Counted from the whole stretch's first letter, positions 10,457 to 24,344 are shown. The stretch: DNA of 62,190 nucleotides, filler included, from 17 parts of 17 records of this genome joined end to end with filler, not necessarily neighbours in it, one strand, 5' to 3'. Numbers and translations are program-made. The notes: generated from the letters alone by a model not told the origin.

Positions 10457-12655
10457 TTACCCGAGAATTTTGCTGGCTTCGCGCGCGACATTATCCATCT
10501 CGTCCAACAGTTCCAGCAGCTCCGGTTCCAAATCTTCTTCTTTAGTACCGCTACGTAGCTGTTGTTCGATCAGTTGGCAGAGATTCTTCATACGTGGCAC
10601 ACCGCTATAGCCGCAACTGCCATGCAGTTTATGAATCAAATCAACCAGGCCTTCCGGGTTTTCTCCAACCAGCTGTTCCTCAACTTTGTTGCGAACTTCA
10701 GGCAGGAAATCGAGTAACATTTGCAGCATATCGCGCGCTAAATCGGTTTTTCCTGCTGCCTGGCGTAGTGCCAGTTGCCAGTCGAGGGTCGCATTCGGGT
10801 TCACCACAATTTCGTTGACTTCGGGCGTCACGACGCGAGAGGAAATACCGCTGCCAGGCTTGTAGCGCAACAACAAATTATGCAATCGCTCTTCTTCAAT
10901 CGGTTTCGCCAGATAATCGCTCATCCCTGCGCCAAGCAGCTTCTCTTTTTGCCCGGCCATTGCATGCGCCGTTACCGCGATAACCGGCGTTTGTTGCTGA
11001 TGCGGGAGTTGGTGGATGAGTTCGCAGGCCCGAATGCCATCCATGTCCGGCATTTGAATATCCATTAAGATCAAATCGAACGGCATCTGTTTCGCCCGTT
11101 CAACCGCCTGATGCCCGCTATCGCAAAGTTCCACATGTTGCACCATATCTTCCAGCAATGCGCCGATAAGTTTCAGGTTAGCGGGGTTGTCATCAACCGC
11201 CATGACTGTCATTGCCAGCTTACTTTCATCGGTTACAGGCAAAAGCGTGTTTTGTTTGTGATGACAAAATTCCGTCAGGGCAGGCAACAGGCGTGTAGGT
11301 GTTAATGGTTTCAGCAGACACGCGCCGATACCATCTTGCTTGAGTTTTTCAGCATTGACTTGTGCATGGCAAGGAAGTGCCAGCATCAGGAAATCGGTCA
11401 TCGATACCGCTTTCGCTAATCGCTCATGTTGCATTGTTAGCGGCTCGCGGAAGGTCACCGCGATGCCTAACAACATCATGTCGTAATGCGCGGGAGGCAG
11501 CGCGGAGAACGTTGGGCTATAAACCACTTCCAGCGGCGTTTCACTTAAAATATCCAGCGTGCATTGCGCTGCTGCGGAGTTTGGTTCGACATAGGCCAGG
11601 CGCTTACCTGCGAGGCACTGGGTGGATGGCCCTTCGATAATAATGTTCGGGTTCAGATCGAGATTAATGTGGAACCAGAAAGTTGAACCGCGATTCGGCT
11701 GGCTATGGAACGAAATATCGCCGCCCATTTCATTAACCAGTTTTTGTGTAATCACCAGCCCCAGCCCGGTGCCACCATGACGGCGGGAAATACTGGCATC
11801 AGCCTGTCGGAAGGCCTGGAATAAGCGCGATTGATCGCGTTCAGGAATACCAATGCCGGTATCCCGAATCTGCACTTCAATCTGCACTTTGGTATTACTC
11901 AGCGCACGTTTTTCTACCAGAATATCAATGTTGCCATTCTCGGTGAATTTAATTGCATTCCCCACCAGGTTAGTGATGATTTGCTGTAATCGCAGCGGGT
12001 CGCCGATCACGTTATCAGGCACGTCGCTTTTAATATTGAGCGTCAGTTCTAACCCTTTATCGTGAGAAGAATGTGCCAGCAGAGTAACGACTTCATCCAG
12101 CGTGCTGCGTAGTGGGAATGGAATACTTTCCAGAATCAGCTTACCTGCTTCCAGTTTCGAGAAGTCGAGAACATCATTAATAATTGCCAGCAAATTATTT
12201 GCCGAACGTTCAATCGTATTCAGGTGATCGCGCTGCGTTGGTGTTAATTCTGTTTTCAGCGTCAGGCGGGTAAAGCCAATAACACCATTCAGTGGTGTAC
12301 GCAGCTCGTGTGACATATTTGCCAGAAACTCGGATTTAATACGCGCCGCTTCCTGGGCGCGCTTTTTCGCCAGATCTAACTCAACGTTCTGAATTTCCAT
12401 CTGCTCCAGCGTTTCACGCAGATCGGACGTCGCCTGGTCGATATTGTGCTGCATCTCTTCGTGATAAGCAGCCAGCGACATTGCCATCGAGTTGATACCG
12501 TTTTCAGCATATCCAGCTCGCCGAGCATAAATCCTTCCACCCGGCTGTCGAGTTGCCCGCGACGGATGCGGTCGACGGTATTCACCATGTTGCGAATCGG
12601 ACCGGTTACATCGCGCATTAAGCGCCAGCCAAAAATAAGCGCAATACCGATACAA
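10457..12655 (-). CDS. barA: Hybrid sensor histidine kinase BarA (5' truncated; -1 frameshift at ~12501-12504)
   Basis: [14 protein letters not shown]-box, receiver (LILMDIQMP) and HPt (HKLHGS) domains; the HAMP segment continues in the 12376-12618 frame. Confidence 0.95.
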
Positions 12656-12755
12656 NNNNNNNNNNNNNNNNNNNNNNNNNNNNNNNNNNNNNNNNNNNNT
12701 TAATTAATTAANNNNNNNNNNNNNNNNNNNNNNNNNNNNNNNNNNNNNNNNNNNN

Positions 12756-13996
<1,241 letters not shown>

Positions 13997-14416
13997 TTAA
14001 TGAGTTATGTCTTCTCAAATTTCGCGATGCAATAAACGGGCATATATTAGGTAGCATGACCGTTTTAATTATAATTTTGCGACTGAGTTCAAATTATTGC
14101 CCCTCAATCTATGCCGCTTTCATTATTTCAACATTGCCGATCAAAAGAGCGCTATCCAGATAAAAACGATTAAATGCGAGAGTGCGACATGCCAGAATGA
14201 TTAATGAAATATCAATATGAGAAAATTACAGATAATTCCATTGTCAGGTTCTCTTCTCATTTTCGTGGTTTAACCACGATTATGTGATTGCCTCCGCAAT
14301 TCCTGTCTCTAACTCCCCTTCCTCGCAAAAACTGGCACTCCACGAGCATGTGTTTAGACAGTTTCATTAACGTAAACGGTTGCTTTTTACTCTGGCGGGC
14401 GAAAGGAGAAACACTG

Positions 14417-15865
14417 ATGAGCGCCATAGATTCCCAACTTCCCTCATCTTCTGGGCAAGACCGCCCAACTGATGAGGTTGACCGCATATTATCACCAGGA
14501 AAGCTGATCATACTCGGTCTGCAACACGTCCTTGTCATGTACGCAGGTGCAGTCGCTGTTCCTCTTATGATTGGTGACCGACTGGGCCTCTCAAAAGAAG
14601 CTATTGCGATGCTCATTAGCTCGGATCTCTTTTGCTGCGGGATCGTCACATTATTGCAATGTATCGGTATCGGCCGCTTTATGGGGATCCGCCTGCCGGT
14701 GATTATGTCGGTGACCTTTGCTGCTGTAACACCAATGATAGCCATTGGGATGAACCCGGATATCGGCCTGCTGGGGATATTTGGTGCCACTATCGCCGCG
14801 GGTTTTATCACCACATTATTAGCGCCACTTATCGGTCGCTTGATGCCTTTATTCCCGCCACTGGTTACCGGTGTGGTTATTACTTCTATCGGGCTTAGCA
14901 TCATTCAGGTGGGTATTGACTGGGCCGCCGGAGGTAAAGGGAATCCGCAATATGGTAATCCCGTTTATTTAGGTATCTCCTTTGCCGTCTTAATTTTTAT
15001 CTTGCTCATTACTCGCTATGCGAAAGGATTTATGTCCAACGTCGCCGTATTACTGGGGATTGTATTTGGCTTTTTACTTTCGTGGATGATGAATGAAGTC
15101 AATTTATCCGGGCTACATGATGCTTCATGGTTTGCGATTGTTACGCCGATGTCGTTTGGTATGCCGATTTTCGATCCCGTTTCCATTCTGACCATGACTG
15201 CCGTGTTAATCATCGTGTTTATCGAGTCAATGGGGATGTTCCTGGCACTGGGTGAAATAGTCGGTCGTAAACTCTCTTCGCACGATATTATTCGCGGGCT
15301 GCGTGTCGATGGCGTAGGGACAATGATAGGCGGCACGTTTAACAGCTTCCCCCACACGTCATTTTCTCAAAACGTTGGCCTGGTTAGCGTGACGCGCGTT
15401 CATAGCCGCTGGGTGTGTATTTCTTCGGGAATTATATTAATCCTGTTTGGCATGGTGCCAAAAATGGCGGTGCTGGTAGCCTCCATTCCGCAATTTGTGC
15501 TGGGCGGCGCTGGTCTAGTGATGTTCGGCATGGTACTGGCGACAGGGATTCGAATTCTGTCGCGCTGTAACTACACCACCAACCGTTACAACCTCTATAT
15601 TGTGGCGATCAGTCTCGGCGTTGGCATGACTCCGACGCTCTCTCACGATTTCTTTTCTAAGTTACCGGCCGTACTGCAACCGCTGCTACATAGCGGCATT
15701 ATGCTCGCAACCCTTAGCGCCGTTGTGCTGAACGTCTTCTTTAATGGCTATCAGCATCATGCTGACCTGGTGAAGGAATCCGTCTCTGATAAAGATTTAA
15801 AAGTCAGGACAGTACGTATGTGGCTTCTGATGCGCAAGCTGAAGAAAAATGAGCATGGAGAATAA
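14417..15865 (+). CDS. uacT: Urate:H+ symporter (NAT/NCS2 family)
   Basis: Start MSAIDSQ after an AGGAG RBS; LGLQHV and FSQNVGLV NAT signature; 482 aa. Confidence 0.95.
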   Translation: MSAIDSQLPSSSGQDRPTDEVDRILSPGKLIILGLQHVLVMYAGAVAVPLMIGDRLGLSKEAIAMLISSDLFCCGIVTLLQCIGIGRFMGIRLPVIMSVTFAAVTPMIAIGMNPDIGLLGIFGATIAAGFITTLLAPLIGRLMPLFPPLVTGVVITSIGLSIIQVGIDWAAGGKGNPQYGNPVYLGISFAVLIFILLITRYAKGFMSNVAVLLGIVFGFLLSWMMNEVNLSGLHDASWFAIVTPMSFGMPIFDPVSILTMTAVLIIVFIESMGMFLALGEIVGRKLSSHDIIRGLRVDGVGTMIGGTFNSFPHTSFSQNVGLVSVTRVHSRWVCISSGIILILFGMVPKMAVLVASIPQFVLGGAGLVMFGMVLATGIRILSRCNYTTNRYNLYIVAISLGVGMTPTLSHDFFSKLPAVLQPLLHSGIMLATLSAVVLNVFFNGYQHHADLVKESVSDKDLKVRTVRMWLLMRKLKKNEHGE

Positions 15866-15866
15866 T

Positions 15867-15992
15867 ATGAATTTTTTAATGCGCGCTATATTCAGTCTGT
15901 TGTTGCTTTTTACTCTCTCTATTCCTGTCATTTCTGACTGTGTTGCAATGGCCATTGAAAGTCGCTTCAAATATATGATGCTACTTTTTTAA
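15867..15992 (+). CDS. yqfG: Small protein YqfG (41 aa)
   Basis: MNFLMRAIFSLLLLFTLSIPVISDCVAMAIESRFKYMMLLF*, starting 1 nt after the uacT stop; below the ORF-track cutoff. Confidence 0.75.
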   Translation: MNFLMRAIFSLLLLFTLSIPVISDCVAMAIESRFKYMMLLF

Positions 15993-16114
15993 ATGGTTTT
16001 TACCTGTCGGCATCCGCTCAAAACGGGCGGTTGTCGATAAACGCTCACTTGGTTAATCATTTCACTCTTCAATTATCTATAATGATGAGTGATCAGAATT
16101 ACATGTGAGAAATT

Positions 16115-16663
16115 ATGCAAACGGAACACGTCATTTTATTGAATGCACAGGGAGTTCCCACGGGTACGCTGGAAAAGTATGCCGCACACACGGCAGACAC
16201 CCGCTTACATCTCGCGTTCTCCAGTTGGCTGTTTAATGCCAAAGGACAATTATTAGTTACCCGCCGCGCACTGAGCAAAAAAGCATGGCCTGGCGTGTGG
16301 ACTAACTCGGTTTGTGGGCACCCACAACTGGGAGAAAGCAACGAAGACGCAGTGATCCGCCGTTGCCGTTATGAGCTTGGCGTGGAAATTACGCCTCCTG
16401 AATCTATCTATCCTGACTTTCGCTACCGCGCCACCGATCCGAGTGGCATTGTGGAAAATGAAGTGTGTCCGGTATTTGCCGCACGCACCACTAGTGCGTT
16501 ACAGATCAATGATGATGAAGTGATGGATTATCAATGGTGTGATTTAGCAGATGTATTACACGGTATTGATGCCACGCCGTGGGCGTTCAGTCCGTGGATG
16601 GTGATGCAGGCGACAAATCGCGAAGCCAGAAAACGATTATCTGCATTTACCCAGCTTAAATAA
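16115..16663 (+). CDS. idi: Isopentenyl-diphosphate delta-isomerase (type 1)
   Basis: 182 aa; HLAFS, NSVCGHP, ENEVC. Confidence 0.97.
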   Translation: MQTEHVILLNAQGVPTGTLEKYAAHTADTRLHLAFSSWLFNAKGQLLVTRRALSKKAWPGVWTNSVCGHPQLGESNEDAVIRRCRYELGVEITPPESIYPDFRYRATDPSGIVENEVCPVFAARTTSALQINDDEVMDYQWCDLADVLHGIDATPWAFSPWMVMQATNREARKRLSAFTQLK

Positions 16664-16688
16664 AAAACCCCGACATTTGCCGGGGTTG
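16662..16688. terminator. Hairpin terminator between convergent idi and lysS
   Basis: AAAAAACCCCGACATTTGCCGGGGTT. Confidence 0.6.
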
Positions 16689-16705
16689 TGAGCATAACGT
16701 AATGC

Positions 16706-16815
<110 letters not shown>

Positions 16816-16915
16816 NNNNNNNNNNNNNNNNNNNNNNNNNNNNNNNNNNNNNNNNNNNNTTAATTAATTAANNNNNNNNNNNNNNNNNNNNNNNNNNNNN
16901 NNNNNNNNNNNNNNN

Positions 16916-17623
16916 GGTTGTGCTGGATGCACGACTGCCGCTGGATGAAAAACTAAAAGTGGATATCAGCCAGACGCCGGAGATGAAAGGGGTCTATTCG
17001 CGCGTACGACTGAATAGCGAAATCAGCCGTAAAGATATGCTGTTGCTGGCGCTGATGTCTTCAGAAAACCGCGCGGCGGCAAGCCTTGCGCACCATTATC
17101 CCGGTGGTTACAAAGCCTTTATTAAGGCAATGAATGCGAAAGCGAAATCGCTCGGAATGAACAACACGCGCTTTGTTGAACCTACCGGATTGTCGGTGCA
17201 TAACGTTTCAACTGCCCGTGACTTAACCAAACTGCTCATTGCCAGCAAACAATATCCGTTGATCGGGCAGTTAAGTACTACCCGGGAAGATATGGCAACC
17301 TTCTCTAATCCGACGTATACGCTGCCGTTCCGCAATACTAATCATCTGGTGTATCGCGATAACTGGAATATTCAGTTAACCAAAACCGGCTTTACCAATG
17401 CGGCGGGCCATTGTCTGGTGATGCGTACGGTTATCAATAATAAACCGGTGGCGCTGGTAGTGATGGACGCGTTTGGCAAATATACCCATTTTGCCGATGC
17501 CAGCCGCCTGCGTACCTGGATTGAAACCGGTAAAGTGATGCCTGTGCCGGCAGCAGCGTTGAGCTATAAAAAACAAAAGCCGCCCAAATGGCGGCGGCGG
17601 GGCAGACGGCACAGAACGATTAA
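16916..17623 (+). CDS. pbpG: D-alanyl-D-alanine endopeptidase PBP7 (5' truncated; -1 frameshift at ~17576-17579)
   Basis: SEN and KTG motifs; adding one A restores [17 protein letters not shown] ending at 17623. Confidence 0.92.
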
Positions 17624-17630
17624 GTGAATT

Positions 17631-17654
17631 CGGATGGCGATACTCTGCCATCCG
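17631..17654. terminator. Hairpin between convergent pbpG and dld
   Basis: CGGATGGC-GATACTCT-GCCATCCG followed by TAATTTTT. Confidence 0.6.
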
Positions 17655-17660
17655 TAATTT

Positions 17661-19023
17661 TTACTCCACTTCCTGCCAGTTTTTCCGTTTACTGGTTTTA
17701 CCGATCCCCGGATTCATGCTGTTGGTCGGATCGTTCTCGCGATAGAACTTCTGCAACGTCTCCGGTGCTTTATACAAATGACCGACGTTATGCTCGGCAG
17801 GGTACTGCGCGCCGCGCTGCTGTAGCAGTTCCAGCATCTGTTCTTTTAACGCATGCACATCCACGCCTTTTTTCACTATGTAATCCTGATGGAAGACATA
17901 GCACATAAAATGGCCGTAATAGAGCTTGTGCACCAGCTGGCTGTCGATCTCCGGCGGTAAATGCTCATACCACTCGGTGTCGTTACGCCGCAGAGCGATA
18001 TCCAACGCCAGAATGTCTTCGACTTCATCGGAATGCACCGCCTGATAACGAATTGCTGCGCCCGCAGCGGCGAAACGGTGTAAAAACGCTTTGCTGCCTT
18101 CCTCCGGCGTACAGACAAAGAAATCGCCTTCGGCCTGTTTGAAATAATCCACCAGCCACGATTTGGCTTCGCCCACGCCATCGCCCGCCATTTTTAACAG
18201 CAGATGATGCTCGTATTTATCGCGCCAGTTTTTCATGCGCGGCGGTAAATGGCTGGGGAACAGGTGACCGAATTTTTGCATCGCACGGTCAGTAAAATGC
18301 GGACGGAAGAATTTCACTTTCTCCAGCATCGCATCGGTGCGTCCCTTGAGATTAAAGAAGAACGGCATCTTGTCGGTGCCTAACTTATCAATCATCAGGA
18401 AGGTGTCTTTGCCGTATTTTTCCGCAATATCGTAGATATCCCGGTGCATATATTCCCCGGCAACCGGCAGATTTTCGAAGTTAGCCAGAATATGACGGCG
18501 GATTTCGGTCAGCACTTCCGGCTGGTTGGTGCCGATATAAAACACCTGCTGATTTTTTTCCGCTTCGAAGGTATCAAGACGTACTGCAAAGACCGCCAGC
18601 TTCCCGGCGCAACCAGAAGATTCAAATAACCGATCAGGATCGGCGTTATAACGTGCGGGCGTGTCGGCTTCAATATCACGAACGCGGTGGACATAGTCAT
18701 AATCGTGGGCGTGACGACCATCGTGACGCACATCGTCATCTTTGATGCGATCATCATCCAGCTTGCTAAGGATCTGCTCCGGCGTTTCGCCCAGATCAAT
18801 CCCCAGATGGTTCACCAGCGTCAGTTTGCCGTCTTCATTTATACGCGCGAATAACGACATTTCGGTATACGCCGGGCCACGTTGCACCAGCGAGCCGCCG
18901 GAGTTGTTACAAATACCGCCGATGACCGATGCGCCTATACACGATGATCCAATCACTGAGTGCGGTTCGCGTCCCAGCGGTTTGAGGGCTTTTTCCAGCG
19001 AATAGAGCGTGGTGCCCGGATAG
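17661..19023 (-). CDS. dld: Quinone-dependent D-lactate dehydrogenase (5' truncated)
   Basis: IGSSCIGASVIGGICNNSGG FAD region; AEHNVGH; MNPGIGK. Confidence 0.96.
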
Positions 19024-19172
19024 NNNNNNNNNNNNNNNNNNNNNNNNNNNNNNNNNNNNNNNNNNNNTTAATTAATTAANNNNNNNNNNNNNNNNNNNNN
19101 NNNNNNNNNNNNNNNNNNNNNNNATAAAAGTTATCTCCCTTCTCGTTCATCGTTCCATATTTGAGAAACAGT

Positions 19173-19712
19173 ATGTCTTCCAGAGTTTTGACCCCGGACG
19201 TCGTTGGTATTGACGCCCTGGTACACGATCACCAAACCGTTCTGGCAAAAGCTGAAGGCGGTGTGGTTGCCGTATTTGCTAACAATGCCCCGGCGTTTTA
19301 TGCCGTCACGCCTGCACGCCTGGCTGAACTGCTGGCGCTGGAAGAAAAGCTGGCGCGTCCGGGAAGCGATGTCGCTCTGGACGATCAACTCTATCAGGAA
19401 CCGCAAGCCGCTCCCGTTGCTGTACCCATGGGGAAATTCGCCATGTATCCGGACTGGCAACCCGATGCCGATTTTATCCGCCTGGCGGCGCTATGGGGCG
19501 TGGCGCTAAGAGAGCCGGTGACCACCGAAGAACTGGCCTCATTCATTGCCTACTGGCAGGCGGAAGGTAAAGTCTTTCACCATGTGCAGTGGCAACAAAA
19601 ACTGGCGCGCAGCCTGCAAATCGGTCGTGCCAGCAACGGCGGACTGCCGAAACGAGATGTGAATACGGTCAGCGAACCTGACAGCCAAATTCCACCAGGA
19701 TTCAGAGGGTAA
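19173..19712 (+). CDS. dnaT: Primosomal protein DnaT
   Basis: [12 protein letters not shown]..., 179 aa, upstream of dnaC. Confidence 0.96.
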
Positions 19713-19714
19713 CG

Positions 19715-20452
19715 ATGAAAAACGTTGGCGACCTGATGCAACGCCTGCAAAAAATGATGCCTGCCCATATCAAACCCGCATTCAAAACGGGTGAAGAACT
19801 ACTGGCCTGGCAAAAAGAACAAGGAGCGATCCGCTCCGCCGCTCTCGAACGTGAAAATCGGGCGATGAAAATGCAGCGCACCTTTAACCGCTCCGGTATT
19901 CGTCCACTGCATCAGAACTGTTCCTTTGAGAACTATCGCGTTGAGTGTGAAGGGCAGATGAATGCGTTAAGCAAAGCGCGCCAGTATGTCGAAGAGTTTG
20001 ACGGCAACATCGCCAGCTTCATCTTTTCTGGTAAGCCAGGAACCGGCAAAAACCATCTGGCGGCGGCAATCTGCAACGAGCTGCTGCTACGCGGTAAATC
20101 CGTATTGATCATCACCGTGGCCGATATTATGTCGGCGATGAAAGATACCTTCAGGAATAGCGGTACCAGCGAAGAACAACTGCTTAACGATCTGAGCAAC
20201 GTTGATCTGCTGGTGATCGATGAGATCGGCGTGCAGACCGAATCGAAATACGAAAAAGTGATCATCAACCAGATCGTCGATCGCCGCTCTTCTTCCAAAC
20301 GCCCAACCGGGATGCTGACCAACAGTAATATGGAAGAGATGACCAAGTTGCTGGGCGAACGCGTGATGGACCGTATGCGCCTGGGTAACAGTTTGTGGGT
20401 GATCTTCAACTGGGATAGCTACCGTAGCCGGGTAACAGGTAAAGAGTATTAA
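19715..20452 (+). CDS. dnaC: Helicase loader DnaC
   Basis: 245 aa; GKPGTGKN Walker A, LLVIDE Walker B. Confidence 0.98.
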   Translation: MKNVGDLMQRLQKMMPAHIKPAFKTGEELLAWQKEQGAIRSAALERENRAMKMQRTFNRSGIRPLHQNCSFENYRVECEGQMNALSKARQYVEEFDGNIASFIFSGKPGTGKNHLAAAICNELLLRGKSVLIITVADIMSAMKDTFRNSGTSEEQLLNDLSNVDLLVIDEIGVQTESKYEKVIINQIVDRRSSSKRPTGMLTNSNMEEMTKLLGERVMDRMRLGNSLWVIFNWDSYRSRVTGKEY

Positions 20453-20500
20453 TCCCCGTTTCTGGCGGTATACTGCGACACAATTCCACCTTGAGTAATG

Positions 20501-20995
20501 ATGATGAAAACTGTTAAACATCTTCTGTGCTGTGCCATTGCCGCCAGCGCATTAATTTCCACCGGGGTGCATGCTGCGTCCTGGAAAGATGCGCTCTCCA
20601 GCGCCGCCAGCGAACTTGGCAACCAAAACAGCACGACACAGGAAGGCGGTTGGTCGCTCGCGTCATTAACTAACTTGCTTAGCAGCGGAAACCAGGCCTT
20701 AAGCGCAGATAACATGAACAATGCCGCAGGCATTCTGCAATACTGCGCGAAGCAAAAGCTGGCGTCGGTAACCGATGCCGAAAACATCAAGAACCAGGTG
20801 CTGGAAAAGCTGGGCCTGAACAGTGAAGAGCAAAAAGAAGACACCAACTATCTGGACGGCATTCAGGGTTTGCTGAAAACCAAAGATGGTCAGCAACTCA
20901 ATCTGGATAACATCGGAACAACTCCGCTGGCAGAAAAGGTGAAAACCAAAGCCTGCGATCTGGTGTTAAAACAGGGGCTGAACTTCATTTCCTGA
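20501..20995 (+). CDS. yjjA: Periplasmic protein YjjA
   Basis: Signal peptide; conserved position after dnaC. Confidence 0.9.
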   Translation: MMKTVKHLLCCAIAASALISTGVHAASWKDALSSAASELGNQNSTTQEGGWSLASLTNLLSSGNQALSADNMNNAAGILQYCAKQKLASVTDAENIKNQVLEKLGLNSEEQKEDTNYLDGIQGLLKTKDGQQLNLDNIGTTPLAEKVKTKACDLVLKQGLNFIS

Positions 20996-21248
20996 ACCGC
21001 GAAACGCCGCGTTTTAGCTGTTACCCGGCTGACGCGGCTCTCTCCTGCCCTTTTCCCTGCTCCTGGACGGTTTTACCCCTGTTACACGGGAAGTGACCGT
21101 AATCAAAAAAGTCTGTTTATAAACTAATTCCTAACAACATCGCATTTTTTTGACACTAGAATTGCAGCAATATGGCGACGCCATTACATTGTGCTTCTCA
21201 AAAAGCTTAAACGTTGGCTAAACGGCCCGGTTTAGTGAGGATCGCCCG

Positions 21249-21585
21249 TTGTCAGAACTACTCTCTTTCGCCCTTTTTCTCGCCTCTGTGCTGATTTACG
21301 CATGGAAAGCGGGACGTAACACCTGGTGGTTTGCAGCCACGTTAACGGTGCTGGGGCTATTTGTCGTTTTAAATATCACCCTGTTTGCCAGCGACTATTT
21401 TACTGGCGATGGTATTAACGACGCGGTTCTCTATACCTTAACCAACAGCCTGACCGGTGCTGGCGTCAGCAAATACATTTTGCCGGGTATCGGCATTGTG
21501 CTGGGGCTGACAGCGGTGTTCGGTGCGCTGGGCTGGATCCTGCGCCGTCGTCGCCATCATCCGCACCATTTTGGTTACAGCCTGC
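21249..21585 (+). CDS. opgB: Phosphoglycerol transferase I (3' truncated)
   Basis: TTG start, [23 protein letters not shown]..., [10 protein letters not shown]. Confidence 0.9.
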
Positions 21586-21685
21586 NNNNNNNNNNNNNNN
21601 NNNNNNNNNNNNNNNNNNNNNNNNNNNNNTTAATTAATTAANNNNNNNNNNNNNNNNNNNNNNNNNNNNNNNNNNNNNNNNNNNN

Positions 21686-22107
<422 letters not shown>

Positions 22108-22370
22108 CTACGCTCCTGAATCTTAAAGACAACGGCGGTGGCTACAGATAGAATTGCAAGCTTTCGTAACTCATGTCCGCTGTTGCGATGACTTCGTGTT
22201 AATCTTAACGTTATTACGGCATTGGCACGTCAGAACAAAATCTGAGAGGTGAATCCGTTGAGTATAATTATCTTAGCGACGATTTCGACGACTCAAGAGA
22301 ATAAATGACGTTTAAGCCATGAAACAAGCTAAAATCCTGCAAAAGACGAGTTTTTACGGGCGTATTTAAA

Positions 22371-23471
22371 GTGATAATCATAAGATATCTGGTGCGGGAG
22401 ACGCTCAAAAGCCAGCTGGCGATACTCTTCATCTTGCTTTTGATCTTCTTCTGTCAAAAGTTAGTGAGGATCCTCGGCGCAGCGGTTGACGGCGATATTC
22501 CGGCGAATCTGGTGCTCTCCCTTCTCGGGTTGGGCGTGCCGGAAATGGCGCAGCTTATCCTGCCATTAAGCCTGTTCCTCGGGCTGCTGATGACGCTGGG
22601 CAAACTGTATACCGAAAGTGAAATTACGGTAATGCATGCCTGCGGCCTGAGCAAAGCGGTTCTGGTGAAAGCGGCAATGATCCTTGCGGTATTCACGGCA
22701 ATCGTAGCGGCGGTTAACGTGATGTGGGCGGGACCGTGGTCATCGCGTCATCAGGATGAAGTGTTAGCAGAAGCGAAAGCGAACCCTGGCATGGCGGCGC
22801 TGGCGCAAGGGCAATTCCAGCAAGCGACTAATGGCAGCTCGGTGCTGTTCATCGAAAGCGTTGACGGCAGCGATTTCAAAGATGTGTTCCTCGCGCAAAT
22901 TCGACCAAAAGGTAATGCACGTCCTTCTGTGGTGGTGGCCGATTCCGGACATTTAACCCAGCTGCGCGACGGCTCCCAGGTCGTCACTCTCAACCAGGGA
23001 ACGCGCTTCGAAGGCACTGCAATGTTACGTGATTTCCGCATTACGGACTTCCAGGATTATCAGGCGATCATTGGTCACCAGGCGGTGGCGCTCGACCCGA
23101 ACGATACCGACCAGATGGACATGCGCACATTGTGGAACACTGACACCGATCGTGCTCGCGCAGAACTGAACTGGTGTATCACGTTGGTATTCACCGTGTT
23201 TATGATGGCACTTATGGTCGTACCGCTGAGCGTGGTTAACCCACGTCAGGGACGCGTACTGTCGATGCTGCCAGCCATGCTGCTGTATCTACTTTTCTTC
23301 CTGATCCAGACCTCCCTGAAATCGAACGGCGGTAAAGGTAAGCTGGACCCGACGCTGTGGATGTGGACCGTTAACCTGATTTATCTGGCTTTAGCGATTG
23401 TTCTCAACCTTTGGGACACCGTGCCGGTCCGCCGCCTGCGCGCCAGTTTTTCGCGTAAAGGAGCGGTGTGA
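22371..23471 (+). CDS. lptF: LPS export permease LptF
   Basis: 366 aa, GTG start, MIIIRYLVRETLKSQ... Confidence 0.97.
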   Translation: MIIIRYLVRETLKSQLAILFILLLIFFCQKLVRILGAAVDGDIPANLVLSLLGLGVPEMAQLILPLSLFLGLLMTLGKLYTESEITVMHACGLSKAVLVKAAMILAVFTAIVAAVNVMWAGPWSSRHQDEVLAEAKANPGMAALAQGQFQQATNGSSVLFIESVDGSDFKDVFLAQIRPKGNARPSVVVADSGHLTQLRDGSQVVTLNQGTRFEGTAMLRDFRITDFQDYQAIIGHQAVALDPNDTDQMDMRTLWNTDTDRARAELNWCITLVFTVFMMALMVVPLSVVNPRQGRVLSMLPAMLLYLLFFLIQTSLKSNGGKGKLDPTLWMWTVNLIYLALAIVLNLWDTVPVRRLRASFSRKGAV

Positions 23472-24344
23472 TGCAACCTTTTGGCGTACTTGACCGCTAT
23501 ATCGGTAAAACTATTTTCACCACCATCATGATGACACTGTTCATGCTGGTGTCGCTGTCGGGCATTATCAAGTTTGTCGATCAGCTGAAAAAAGCCGGGC
23601 AGGGGAGTTACGACGCGTTAGGCGCAGGAATGTATACCTTGCTGAGCGTGCCGAAAGATGTGCAGATCTTCTTCCCGATGGCGGCTCTGCTTGGGGCGTT
23701 GCTTGGTCTTGGGATGCTGGCGCAGCGCAGCGAACTGGTGGTGATGCAGGCTTCTGGTTTTACCCGTATGCAGGTGGCGCTGTCGGTGATGAAAACCGCC
23801 ATTCCGCTGGTCTTGCTGACGATGGCGATTGGCGAATGGGTCGCGCCGCAGGGCGAGCAGATGGCGCGTAACTACCGTGCGCAGGCGATGTACGGCGGCT
23901 CGTTGCTCTCTACCCAGCAAGGCTTATGGGCGAAAGATGGCAACAACTTCGTCTACATTGAGCGGGTTAAAGGTGACGAAGAGTTAGGTGGCATCAGCAT
24001 TTATGCCTTTAACGAGAATCGTCGTCTGCAATCCGTACGCTATGCCGCTACTGCGAAGTTTGACCCGGAACATAAAGTCTGGCGTCTGTCGCAGGTTGAT
24101 GAATCTGATCTGACCAATCCGAAACAGATTACCGGTTCGCAGACGGTGAGCGGCACCTGGAAAACCAACCTCACGCCGGACAAACTGGGCGTGGTGGCGC
24201 TGGACCCGGATGCACTCTCTATCAGCGGTTTGCACAACTATGTGAAGTATCTGAAGTCGAGCGGTCAGGATGCCGGACGTTATCAGCTCAACATGTGGAG
24301 CAAAATCTTCCAGCCGCTATCTGTGGCGGTGATGATGCTGATGG
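23471..24344 (+). CDS. lptG: LPS export permease LptG (3' truncated)
   Basis: MQPFGVLDRYIGKTI...SELVVMQASG. Confidence 0.96.
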
